DNA from: Eubacteriales bacterium
GTDB taxonomy: Bacteria; Bacillota; Clostridia; Oscillospirales; CAG-272
Direction: 5' to 3'
NCBI GenBank assembly: GCA_045636385.1
Contig: JAZTXK010000068.1
Coordinates: 3,248-67,247, forward strand
DNA: 64,000 nt
Shown here: one piece after another, positions 51,452 to 60,159 of the stretch
Position numbering within the stretch: position 1 is the first letter of the stretch
How the letters are laid out: the number at the start of each line of letters is the position of its first letter
Notes under the pieces: generated by a model
The model's input: only the letters and a program-made list of their open reading frames with translations
What the model was told of the DNA's origin: nothing
Database searches by the model: none
Program-made: the position numbers and the translations under genes

Positions 51452-51772
51452 ATGACAGATAAGAATATTCCCATCGGTGTAGATGAAAACGAAGAGGTTG
51501 AGATCGTAACCCTTCTTGATGAAAACGACAACGAGGTTCGCTTCGAGCTTATCGGCGGCTACGTTGACAAGGGCGTGCAGTATTTCGCGCTCATTCCCGA
51601 AGGCTCTGCCGATGACGACGGCGGCTTCGAGGAGTACATCATTCTCAAGAGCGTTAAGGACGCCGAGGGCAACGAGGAGCTCGTTGACATTGAGGACGAC
51701 GCTGAGTTTGAGCGTATCGCAGGCATTTTTGACGATGCCTTCAGCGCGGAGTACGACTACGACGCTGAATAA
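51452..51772 (+). CDS. DUF1292-family protein
   Basis: 106 aa, acidic. EIVTLLDENDNEVRFELIG..VQYFALIP is typical of DUF1292. Confidence 0.8.
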   Translation: MTDKNIPIGVDENEEVEIVTLLDENDNEVRFELIGGYVDKGVQYFALIPEGSADDDGGFEEYIILKSVKDAEGNEELVDIEDDAEFERIAGIFDDAFSAEYDYDAE

Positions 51773-51829
51773 TTAATAAGCACTATTATCCTGCTTAGTT
51801 TGTGCTTAACCGTATATGTGGAACCGACA

Positions 51830-52231
51830 TGATATTAAAGGGAGCTGAATAGTTCGGCGGCTGTTTTGCAGACCTCCCCGCGCATTCTTTCGATTGACTT
51901 GTCTCGACGAATGCACGGGACGTTGGGAGCAGTGAGGCCAAAGATAGGCACCCACCTTGCTCGGCAGGGTTTCCGACTGCGGTTACACGGCTCGGCGGGA
52001 GCAGCCCAACTTCCTATTAGGAAGTTGGGCAGTTTTATTCGCCTGTGGCGAGTTATATTGCTTCGCAGTGATATTCGGCTTGCGCCGAGTGGTATTCGCT
52101 GCGCGAGTTTTATGGCGAATAAAATATCACTAAAGCCGCAGGCTTTAATACCACTCTGTTGCGAAGCAACAAGAATATCACTCCGACGAAGTCGGAATAT
52201 AACTTGATACATATTCAATTGCATACAAAAC
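51830..52231. other. unassigned, highly structured region in a 510-bp convergent intergenic gap
   Basis: No credible ORF. 11-bp perfect hairpin at 52004..52030 (GCCCAACTTCC-TATTA-GGAAGTTGGGC). Mini-hairpin array at 52035..52195 with linkers GTGATAT/ATATCAC and GTGGTAT/ATACCAC. Confidence 0.5.
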
Positions 52232-52278
52232 AAAAAACTTTTCCGATAGACTGAAAAACCTGTCGGAAAAGTTTTTTA
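52232..52278. terminator. bidirectional terminator
   Basis: AAAAAACTTTTCCGAtAG..CTgTCGGAAAAGTTTTTT. Confidence 0.65.
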
Positions 52279-52282
52279 TTTT

Positions 52283-54004
52283 TTATTTCTTCTTTTTCAA
52301 TATTGATAGGATGGCTACCCCTACTCCGATCACCACAGCCGCCGCGGCTATAGCAATCGGCAGAAGTGAAGACGTTTTTTCCTCCATGCCGTTATCGGAT
52401 GGTTCTGTTTGATCCGCGATCTGTTCGCTCGTAGTTTCGGCGGGAGCTTCGGTTTCCGTGACTTCGGCGATCGTTGTTTCTGTTGCCGTTACTTCGGACT
52501 CAGGGAATATCGGCTCGCCCATTTCGGCGTTTTGTGCACTTGAGTCACAGAACACCGTGTATACGCGCCCTTCGCCGCCGGATGTGTAAAGACGAATGAG
52601 CACGGGGAGCTTCGACGGGTCAATCTCGCCCTCGTATTTCAGATATAAATAACCGCTTTTGCGCGCGCCGAGCAGGTTGCTCTTTTTAAACGTGACGTTC
52701 GAGCCGCTCGAGGATACTGTGACCGTTGCGTTCTCGGCGATACCGGCGCCGATTGCGGCATCTGTTAATTTGATCCCGCTCTTGGCTTCTATGCGCACTT
52801 GAGTGTAAGCGGCAGAGCCCAGCGTATTATCGAGCTTTACGGTAATAGTTTTGCTTTCCGCATCGTAGGTTGCCTTCGCGTATTCATAGGTTCCCGAACG
52901 GAAAAATACCGTTCCGAGCATTCCGTCGCCGTATTTGGTGTCCTTCATAAGAGCGCGGATATTTTCCATTTCGGTCATAATGCGCGAAGAAGTTACGGAG
53001 TCAAAGACCTGAATGCCCATAACTACCTTGTTGCCCTTGTCGATGGAGTTCTTGGCGAGGGTGACTACCCAGTTGTCCGCTTTGCCGTAATTGGTGGAAT
53101 ATGCCATCGGGCAGATATAATCGTAAAGTTCTGCGGCAATATCGTAATTCTGACCGTAATGAAGGTCGGCGTAGGACGCTTCGTATGCGCCCTCGGGCAT
53201 GGTTGCGGCACTGAATACGAGATTAGGATTTACCGATTTTGCGGAATTGATTATATGAGCGGCGAGCTCCTTGATATTATTTCTGCGGTACTGCGCGATG
53301 ATGAGGGCGTCGGGATCGTTATTCTTATAGGCGCTGAAAATATAATTCGAATTAGCTGTTCTGCCGTGATATCCCCAGGTGGTCTCGACAAGCTCCTTTA
53401 CGCGATCGATATTCGCACCCATAGCGGCAAGGTTTTCGAAATCCTGCTCGCTCCAGCCGTTTGCGTTGTGGTTGTATCGGATGTAGTCGAGGTGGATGCC
53501 GTCAATATCGTACTGCGCAAGCTCCTTTGCAACGTTGCCGATATACTCGCGGTAGCCCGCGTCATAAGGAGTGATGAAATTGTTATCCCGAGCGCGGATG
53601 TAATGCCACATTCCCGCCTCCGGGTGATTGCTTTTGTAGGTCTCGTCCTCAACAACGCAGATCCAGGCGTGAACGCGGATCCCGCGTTTATGTGCGGCAT
53701 CGATAGTTTCCTGCAAAACGTCTCGGCTTGCTCGCGTGAGAAGATTTTTATATTGAGTTTTGAGGTAACCGAGCCTTCCGCCCGTGCCCTTGACGAGAAG
53801 ATAAACGTCGGTTATGCCCTCCGCGGCGCATCGCGACATCATTATCTCCGCACCGTCCGCACCGAGATCGGCTACGGTGCTTCCCCAAAGCCATTTTCCG
53901 ACTATTGCGGAGCCTTCGCCGCTCTCTGCGGCTACGGGCATTGATGAGAACAGCGGAATGAGCATTATCGGACAGATCAAAGCAGATAATATTTTTTTCA
54001 ACAT
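52283..54004 (-). CDS. secreted glycosyl-hydrolase-like family 10 protein (GHL10/DUF187) with C-terminal TM anchor
   Basis: 573 aa. Signal peptide; GITDVYLLVKG, RGIRVHAW, DGIHLDYIRY. The C-terminus has a Thr/Glu linker, then LLPIAIAAAAVVIGVGVAILSILKKKK. Confidence 0.75.
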   Translation of the reverse strand: MLKKILSALICPIMLIPLFSSMPVAAESGEGSAIVGKWLWGSTVADLGADGAEIMMSRCAAEGITDVYLLVKGTGGRLGYLKTQYKNLLTRASRDVLQETIDAAHKRGIRVHAWICVVEDETYKSNHPEAGMWHYIRARDNNFITPYDAGYREYIGNVAKELAQYDIDGIHLDYIRYNHNANGWSEQDFENLAAMGANIDRVKELVETTWGYHGRTANSNYIFSAYKNNDPDALIIAQYRRNNIKELAAHIINSAKSVNPNLVFSAATMPEGAYEASYADLHYGQNYDIAAELYDYICPMAYSTNYGKADNWVVTLAKNSIDKGNKVVMGIQVFDSVTSSRIMTEMENIRALMKDTKYGDGMLGTVFFRSGTYEYAKATYDAESKTITVKLDNTLGSAAYTQVRIEAKSGIKLTDAAIGAGIAENATVTVSSSGSNVTFKKSNLLGARKSGYLYLKYEGEIDPSKLPVLIRLYTSGGEGRVYTVFCDSSAQNAEMGEPIFPESEVTATETTIAEVTETEAPAETTSEQIADQTEPSDNGMEEKTSSLLPIAIAAAAVVIGVGVAILSILKKKK

Positions 54005-54202
54005 AGGATATTCCTCCCGAATAATGTTTTATAAGTTATTATAACCTTTTTCTGCAGAATTGTCAAGAGATTAAAAGCAATGAATTACATTATTGATCAA
54101 ACGACCTCTTTTAATGCAAAATTTACACCAAACTATTGAAAATTCGTGTGAAATATGGTATCATATAATACGTTATTATTTAAATGAAGAAAGGTAATAC
54201 TA

Positions 54203-55231
54203 ATGAAAAAGATACTCACGATTATTATAGCCGCGGCGATGATCGCCGCACTTGTGATCTCTCCCGCTTGGGCGGCGGAGAATAAGTATGAATTCATGCT
54301 CGCTCTCGGCGATTCGATCACCACTGGCTACGGACTTGACGGCGAAGCGCCCTATGATTGCGAGTCCTACGCGAATATCGCTGCAGAAGCTCTCGGACTT
54401 GATGCAAAGAGCACTTACGTAAACCGCGCCGTTGACGGTGCAACGAGTAAGGATCTTCTCACCCTCCTTCCCGAGCTTGAAAACTATCTCGGATATTCCG
54501 ATCTCGTTGTCGTAACGATTGGCGGAAACGACCTTCTCGAGTCGATTTCGATCGTAGCGTCCGCCATTGCGGGCAAGAGCGTGACCGGACTTTCCGCGTC
54601 GATCGACGTTCTCACCGCGGCAAGCCCCGATAAGTTTGCGGCACTTTCAAGCAACACGAGCTTCCAGACCAAGATAGGCGCGGTCCTCGCCTCTTACGCA
54701 TCTAATCTTGCGGCGTCGGCAAAGATCATCAAGGAAAATGCTCCCACCGCGCGCGTGATCTTCCTCAAGCAGTATAATCCCCTCAAGAACGTCCCCGGCT
54801 TTGAAAGCTTCGGCGACTTCGCGGACACCCTCTTTATGAGCATCAACTCCTCGATCGACACCGTTTGCGCGGCGTACGGCTTCGAGGCTCTCGACGTTCC
54901 CTCTGTCATTGACGTAAATGCGGCAACGCTCACCAATATGCTCAACTACGATATCCACCCCAACGCTGACGGTCACAAGGCTATCGCAGGTCTTCTGACC
55001 GAGCACCTGAGCACAGTTCCCTTTACTCCCGAAACCGAGCCCGAAACCGAGCCTGAGACCGAACCCGAAACAGAGCCCGTCACCGAGCCTGTCACCGAGG
55101 CGGAGACCACTACCGCACCCGAGACCGACGGTCAGCTTGAGGCTCCCGGATGCTTTTCGTCCGTAAGCTCTGCGGCGGTTATCCTCGCGGCGGTCGGCGC
55201 GTTTACAGTACTTAAAAAGAAAGAAAATTAA
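54203..55231 (+). CDS. secreted SGNH/GDSL esterase with PETE-repeat linker and C-terminal TM anchor
   Basis: 342 aa. Signal ..ISPAWA, GDSITTGYG block I, GGNDL block III, DIHPN block V, (PETE)n linker, then AAVILAAVGAFTVLKKKEN. Confidence 0.8.
   Translation: MKKILTIIIAAAMIAALVISPAWAAENKYEFMLALGDSITTGYGLDGEAPYDCESYANIAAEALGLDAKSTYVNRAVDGATSKDLLTLLPELENYLGYSDLVVVTIGGNDLLESISIVASAIAGKSVTGLSASIDVLTAASPDKFAALSSNTSFQTKIGAVLASYASNLAASAKIIKENAPTARVIFLKQYNPLKNVPGFESFGDFADTLFMSINSSIDTVCAAYGFEALDVPSVIDVNAATLTNMLNYDIHPNADGHKAIAGLLTEHLSTVPFTPETEPETEPETEPETEPVTEPVTEAETTTAPETDGQLEAPGCFSSVSSAAVILAAVGAFTVLKKKEN
55028..55099 (+). repeat. in-frame 12-bp tandem repeat x6 (PETE/PVTE linker)
   Basis: CCCGAAACCGAG x2, CCTGAGACCGAA, CCCGAAACAGAG, CCCGTCACCGAG, CCTGTCACCGAG. 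Confidence 0.85.
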
Positions 55232-55246
55232 TCAGATATAGGAGAA

Positions 55247-56500
55247 ATGACAATGGCTATTCTTTACGGAAACGCTGTCGTAGGTCAGTCCGGCGGACCT
55301 ACTGCGGCTATCAATGCAACACTTGCCGGTGTAATCAGAGGTTATCTCGACAAGGACTCCCACGGCGGCGCGATCGGCACTCTTTACGGTATGCGCAACG
55401 GCGTTGAGGGACTTCTCCGCGAGGATCTCGTCGATCTCGGCGCGATTTTCGCAAAGGACGAGGACATCACCCGTCTCGAGCACACCCCCGCTGCTGCTCT
55501 CGGCTCTTGCCGTAAAAAGCTCCCCAAGAAGGGTGAAGAGGGCGGAGAAGAGGTTTACGCCCGCCTGCTTGAGATCTTCAAGAAGTACAACATCCGCTAT
55601 TTCTTCTATATCGGCGGCAACGATTCTATGGATACCGTAGCAAAGCTTTCCGAGTACACCAAGGGTCACGAATACGAGATGCGCATCATCGGCGTTCCGA
55701 AGACCATCGACAACGACCTCGTCGGCACAGACCACACCCCCGGATTCCCCTCCGCGGCCAAGTACATCGCCGTAACCATGCAGGAGATCATCCGCGACTG
55801 CGCGGTTTACACCACCAAGGCTGTCACCATCGTTGAGATCATGGGACGTGACTCGGGCTGGCTGACCACCGCTTCCGCTATCGGAAGAGTTGTAAACGGC
55901 GTTGCGCCCGATTACGTTTATCTCCCCGAGCGCACCTTCAGCATGGAGCAGTTCTTTGCCGACGTTCGCGCGGCACTTGAGAAGCACCCCAACGTAGTTA
56001 TCGCGGTTTCCGAGGGTGTTCGCTTCGCTGACGGCAGATACGTCTGCGAGGGCATCGGCGTTGAATCCACCGACGCTTTCGGTCACAAGCAGCTTTCGGG
56101 TACCGGTAAGGCACTTGAGCTTGCGGTTAAGGCAGAGATCGGATGCAAGGTACGTTCGATCGAGCTCAACCTCCCCCAGAGATGTGCCGCACACATCGCG
56201 TCCGTTCAGGACCTCACCGAGTCTGTTTCGGTAGGTCGTGAAGCGGTTAAGGCAGCGGCAGAGGGACTTTCACGCGAGATGATGCTCATCCTTCGCGGCG
56301 AGGGCGAGGAATATTCCTACACCATCGGTCACTCCGACGTTTCCGAGATCGCAAACAAGATCAAGGTCGTTGACGATAAATTCATCAACGAGGCGGGCAA
56401 CGACGTCACCGACGAGTGCTGCCGTTATCTCCTCCCCCTCATCAAGGGCGAGGCAAGCCCCAAGTTTATCCAGGGCATTCCCGATTACGTAATTATCTGA
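55247..56500 (+). CDS. pfp: pyrophosphate-dependent phosphofructokinase
   Basis: 417 aa. GQSGGPTAAINA, YIGGNDSMD (Asp at the position that is Gly in ATP-PFKs) and VPKTIDNDL (Lys instead of Gly). Confidence 0.85.
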   Translation: MTMAILYGNAVVGQSGGPTAAINATLAGVIRGYLDKDSHGGAIGTLYGMRNGVEGLLREDLVDLGAIFAKDEDITRLEHTPAAALGSCRKKLPKKGEEGGEEVYARLLEIFKKYNIRYFFYIGGNDSMDTVAKLSEYTKGHEYEMRIIGVPKTIDNDLVGTDHTPGFPSAAKYIAVTMQEIIRDCAVYTTKAVTIVEIMGRDSGWLTTASAIGRVVNGVAPDYVYLPERTFSMEQFFADVRAALEKHPNVVIAVSEGVRFADGRYVCEGIGVESTDAFGHKQLSGTGKALELAVKAEIGCKVRSIELNLPQRCAAHIASVQDLTESVSVGREAVKAAAEGLSREMMLILRGEGEEYSYTIGHSDVSEIANKIKVVDDKFINEAGNDVTDECCRYLLPLIKGEASPKFIQGIPDYVII

Positions 56501-56511
56501 GGTAATCTGAT

Positions 56512-57285
56512 ATGAAAATACTTTTTATTGCTAACAGCTTCGGCGAGGATACTACCCGCTACCTTCACGGCATCGCGCGTGCCGACGGCAAGAATTGGAA
56601 GGTCGCAAACCTTTATATCGGCGGTTGCTCGCTCTATCGCCACTACCGCAATATGCTTTCGGGCGAGGCGGCTTACGAATACCAGATCAACGGCCACAAG
56701 ACCGGCATTATGGTATCGCTCCAGCAGGCTCTTCTCTCCGACGAATGGGATGTAGTCGCAACACAGCAGTGCAGTCCCGAAAGCGGCGAGGAAAAGAGCT
56801 ACGAGCCCTTTGCAACCGAGCTTGCAGCTTTCGTGCGCACCTACGCACCCAAGGCGAAGTTCTACGTTCACCAAACCTGGACCTTCGAGACCGACGCTCC
56901 CCGCTTCAAGCTCACTTCTTACACCAACCCCGCCGATATGATCGAGGCGATCAAGGATTGCTATGTTAAGATGGCAAAGAACACCTGCGCTTGGGGAATC
57001 ATTCCCAACGGCGAGGTTATGTATAAGCTCTGGCAGGAAAAAGCAAACTACGGTATTGAGGCTGTTCACCGCGACGGCTTCCACGCTCATAAGGGCGTTG
57101 GCAGATACCTCCTTGCGCTCAACGTATACGCAACCATTTCGGGCAGAGATATCAGCGAAAACAGCTTCTCTGATTTCGATGAGGAAGTAACTCCCGAGGC
57201 GGCTGCTGCCGCTCGCGCGATCGTCTCCGAGATCAGCGCAAAGTACCGCGAGCTCAATAAGGAATACGCTAAAGAGGCATACTGA
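56512..57285 (+). CDS. DUF4886-family protein (SGNH-like fold)
   Basis: 257 aa. Family-typical MKILFIANSFGEDTTRYLHGIA..NLYIGGCSLYRH. Confidence 0.7.
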   Translation: MKILFIANSFGEDTTRYLHGIARADGKNWKVANLYIGGCSLYRHYRNMLSGEAAYEYQINGHKTGIMVSLQQALLSDEWDVVATQQCSPESGEEKSYEPFATELAAFVRTYAPKAKFYVHQTWTFETDAPRFKLTSYTNPADMIEAIKDCYVKMAKNTCAWGIIPNGEVMYKLWQEKANYGIEAVHRDGFHAHKGVGRYLLALNVYATISGRDISENSFSDFDEEVTPEAAAAARAIVSEISAKYRELNKEYAKEAY

Positions 57286-58061
57286 TGGATAAGAAGAAAA
57301 TTGCCGTTATAACCGGCGCGTCGTCTGGAATGGGCAGAGAGTTTGCCCTCCGCATCGACGGCGAGGAAAAGTTTGACGAAATATGGCTCATCGCGCGCCG
57401 CGCCGAAAGACTTGAGGAGATCGCAAAGTCCTGTAAGAACAAGGCAAGAGCAATTTCGATGGATCTTACGAAATCCGAGGCGTGGGATGAATACAAGTCG
57501 ATGCTCGAATCCGAGTGTGTGGACGTTGCAGTTCTTGTAAACGCGGCTGGTTTTGGTCATTTCAAGGGATTCCTTGATATGGACCTCGAGCGTCAGCTTG
57601 CAATGATCGACCTCAACGATAAGGCTCTCGTCGCTATGACCTACCACACTTTCGCGCATATGTCCGAGGGCGGCAGAATCTATCAGCTCGGCTCGCTTTC
57701 ATCCTTCCAGCCCGTTCCGTTCATCAACGTTTACGGTGCTACAAAGGCGTTCGTGCTCTCCTTCAGCCGTGCGCTGAACCGTGAGCTGGGGAGCGCGGGC
57801 AGAGGCATCCGCGTAATGGCGGTTTGCCCCGGCTGGGTACTCACCGAGTTCTTTGATACCGCCGTGCACGACGATACGATCAGCTATTATAACAGATATT
57901 ACACCTCCGAGCAGGTCATCACCCGTGCTCTGCGCGATATGAAGAAGGGAAAAGACGTTTCCGTCTGCGGGTTCCCCGTACGCGCACAGGTCTTCGGAGT
58001 CAAGCTCCTGCCGCACAAAGCGGTTATGAATATCTGGTGCAAACAGCAGAAGAAAAAGTAA
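57285..58061 (+). CDS. SDR-family oxidoreductase
   Basis: 258 aa. TGASSGMG cofactor motif, NAAG, and catalytic YGATK. Confidence 0.9.
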   Translation: MDKKKIAVITGASSGMGREFALRIDGEEKFDEIWLIARRAERLEEIAKSCKNKARAISMDLTKSEAWDEYKSMLESECVDVAVLVNAAGFGHFKGFLDMDLERQLAMIDLNDKALVAMTYHTFAHMSEGGRIYQLGSLSSFQPVPFINVYGATKAFVLSFSRALNRELGSAGRGIRVMAVCPGWVLTEFFDTAVHDDTISYYNRYYTSEQVITRALRDMKKGKDVSVCGFPVRAQVFGVKLLPHKAVMNIWCKQQKKK

Positions 58062-58065
58062 ATAT

Positions 58066-58097
58066 AAAAATGAGATGTCCGCGGACATCTCATTTTT
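58066..58097 (+). terminator. rho-independent terminator
   Basis: AAAAATGAGATGTCC-GC-GGACATCTCATTTTT. Confidence 0.75.
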
Positions 58098-58154
58098 GTT
58101 TATGAATAATTACGCCCCTTTTCCAAATACTAAATAAAAAAGGAGTGTAAGTTA

Positions 58155-59468
58155 ATGATACAAAATAAACCGATAATCGAAAAAGTAATGGGGCGCGAGG
58201 TGATCGATTCGCGCGGAAATCCGACGGTCGAGGCGACGGTGCTTTGCCGCGACGGAAGCGTTGGGCGCGCAAGCGTGCCGTCGGGTGCATCGACGGGCAT
58301 CTACGAGGCGCACGAGAAGCGCGACGGAGATATGGGGCGTTACGGTGGTAAAGGCGTGAAAGATGCAGTCGAGATGATAAGGGAAGAGATCTCGCCCGCG
58401 CTTGCCGGTGTTAACGCGACCAAGCAGTTTGAGGTCGACAGAATAATGCGCGGCATCGACGGTACGGACGAGAAAAAGAGGCTCGGCGCGAACGCGATTC
58501 TTGCCGTGTCGCTTGCCACTATGCGTGCTGCGGCTTCGTCCTTCTCGCAATGCCCTTGGCAATATCTCGGCGGCGCAAAGGCAAACCGTCTGCCCGTGCC
58601 GATGTTCAACATCCTCAACGGCGGCGCACACGCGTCGAATAACGTCGATATTCAGGAATTTATGATAATGCCCGTCGGCGCACCGAGCTTTGCCGAGGCT
58701 TTGCGCGCGGGGTGCGAGATATATCATACTCTCGGCTCGATTCTCAAAAAGGAAGGACTTTCAACCGCCGTCGGTGACGAGGGCGGATACGCGCCGAACC
58801 TCGAGAGTGATACGGCGGCGCTCGATCTCATCTGCCGTGCCGTGACCGATGCGGGATACAGCCTTGACGAGGTCAAGATAGCGCTCGACGTGGCGGCAAG
58901 CGAGTGGTATTCCGAATCCGAGGGACTTTACAGATGCCCGAAGAGCGGAAAAAGCTACGACACCGAGTCGCTCATCGCGCTTTGGGAGTCGCTTTCGGCG
59001 CGTTATCCGATCTATTCGATCGAGGACGGACTCGATCAGCGCGATTTTGTAGGATGGTCAAAGATGACGGAACGCCTCGGCTCGAAGATAATGCTCGTCG
59101 GCGACGACTTTTTCGTCACAAATCCCGAAAGAGTCAAGCGCGGAATCGAAGAAGGTGCGGCAAACGCGGTGCTCGTCAAGCCGAATCAGATCGGCACACT
59201 TTCGGAAACCATCCGCGTCTGCGAAATGGCGGCGGCATCGGGATATATGACGATAATGTCCCACCGTTCGGGCGAAACCGAGGATTCGACCCTCGCCGAC
59301 CTCGCCGTCGCGCTCGCCGCACCCTTCATCAAATCCGGCGCGCCCTGCCGAAGCGAAAGACTTGCGAAATATAACCGCCTGCTCACCATCGAATCCTGCC
59401 TCGGAGCGGCGGCGAAGTACGGCACGGCGAGGGTGAAGATGAATCCTAAGGGAGCGGTGAAGGCGTGA
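58155..59468 (+). CDS. eno: enolase
   Basis: 437 aa. GREVIDSRGNPTVEA, SVPSGASTG, IEDGL, VGDDFFVTN, KPNQIGT, SHRSGETED. Confidence 0.97.
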   Translation: MIQNKPIIEKVMGREVIDSRGNPTVEATVLCRDGSVGRASVPSGASTGIYEAHEKRDGDMGRYGGKGVKDAVEMIREEISPALAGVNATKQFEVDRIMRGIDGTDEKKRLGANAILAVSLATMRAAASSFSQCPWQYLGGAKANRLPVPMFNILNGGAHASNNVDIQEFMIMPVGAPSFAEALRAGCEIYHTLGSILKKEGLSTAVGDEGGYAPNLESDTAALDLICRAVTDAGYSLDEVKIALDVAASEWYSESEGLYRCPKSGKSYDTESLIALWESLSARYPIYSIEDGLDQRDFVGWSKMTERLGSKIMLVGDDFFVTNPERVKRGIEEGAANAVLVKPNQIGTLSETIRVCEMAAASGYMTIMSHRSGETEDSTLADLAVALAAPFIKSGAPCRSERLAKYNRLLTIESCLGAAAKYGTARVKMNPKGAVKA

Positions 59469-59531
59469 GTGCAGAGTTCAGAGTTCAGAGTGCAGAGTTA
59501 AGGTAAATTTCCGTCGCTGCGCTCGGAAATT
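59469..59531 (+). repeat. heptad array (GTGCAGA GTTCAGA GTTCAGA GTGCAGA) plus conserved hairpin
   Basis: Starts on the nucleotide after the eno TGA. Followed by GTTAAGGTAAATTTCCG-TCGCTGCGCT-CGGAAATT, collinear with 10731..10810. Confidence 0.85.
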
Positions 59532-59540
59532 GAATTAATA

Positions 59541-59577
59541 AAAAATCCGAAGATTTCGAATTGAAGTCTTCGGATTT
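59541..59577. terminator. bidirectional terminator
   Basis: AAAAAATCCGAAGA..TCTTCGGATTT between the convergent eno and XRE genes. Confidence 0.65.
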
Positions 59578-59578
59578 A

Positions 59579-60070
59579 TTATTCTACTATAAATTTCGCC
59601 TTTGCTTTGCCGTCGCTGCATTCGAAAAGAATACCTGTTTGTCCGGTTTCGGCTATTCCTACAACAATATTGATTACGGAGGCAAAATCTACATTTTTAA
59701 AAGCGGCTTTGCAATCGTTCAGCGTTATCGGATCTAAACCTTTTTCAACTGCTTTCCGTACCGCAGACATACGAAGATTCATCTTCGAATATTCAACACC
59801 GTCATATTCAAAGAGAATGGTGAATGTTTTGACGTCAAGTCCCGAGAAATCGCAAGTATCGGAATAATATCTTTTACCTCTTATAATTTCGTCAATACTG
59901 ACATCGAGGTTATCCGAGAGCGCTGGCAGAAGTGAAATGTCGGGACATGAGAGGTCATTTTCCCATTTGCTTACCGCTTGCGGGGAAACGCCGAGCATTT
60001 CGGCAAGCTCGTCCTGCTTGAGGTTTTTCTTCTTGCGGTATTCCGAAATTCTTTTTCCGATAGTGTTCAT
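59579..60070 (-). CDS. XRE-family helix-turn-helix transcriptional regulator
   Basis: 163 aa. IGKRISEYRKKKNLKQDELAEMLGVSPQAVSKWEN HTH domain plus an uncharacterised C-terminal domain. Lower GC. Confidence 0.85.
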   Translation of the reverse strand: MNTIGKRISEYRKKKNLKQDELAEMLGVSPQAVSKWENDLSCPDISLLPALSDNLDVSIDEIIRGKRYYSDTCDFSGLDVKTFTILFEYDGVEYSKMNLRMSAVRKAVEKGLDPITLNDCKAAFKNVDFASVINIVVGIAETGQTGILFECSDGKAKAKFIVE

Positions 60071-60159
60071 TCGTCTGAACTCCTTTCTTTTTCTGCCACA
60101 ATTATATCATTTGCGAGGCGAAAAATGAAGATATCAAAGGTTGTTTTGTGCCAAAATCG

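Noticed and set aside
51840-52030. Known ncRNA classes (tmRNA, SRP RNA, RNase P, 6S, cobalamin and guanidine-I riboswitches).
   Set aside because: The signature blocks of each are absent. There is only a weak partial resemblance to the ykkC 3' block, and no downstream gene on that strand. It is left as unassigned structured sequence.
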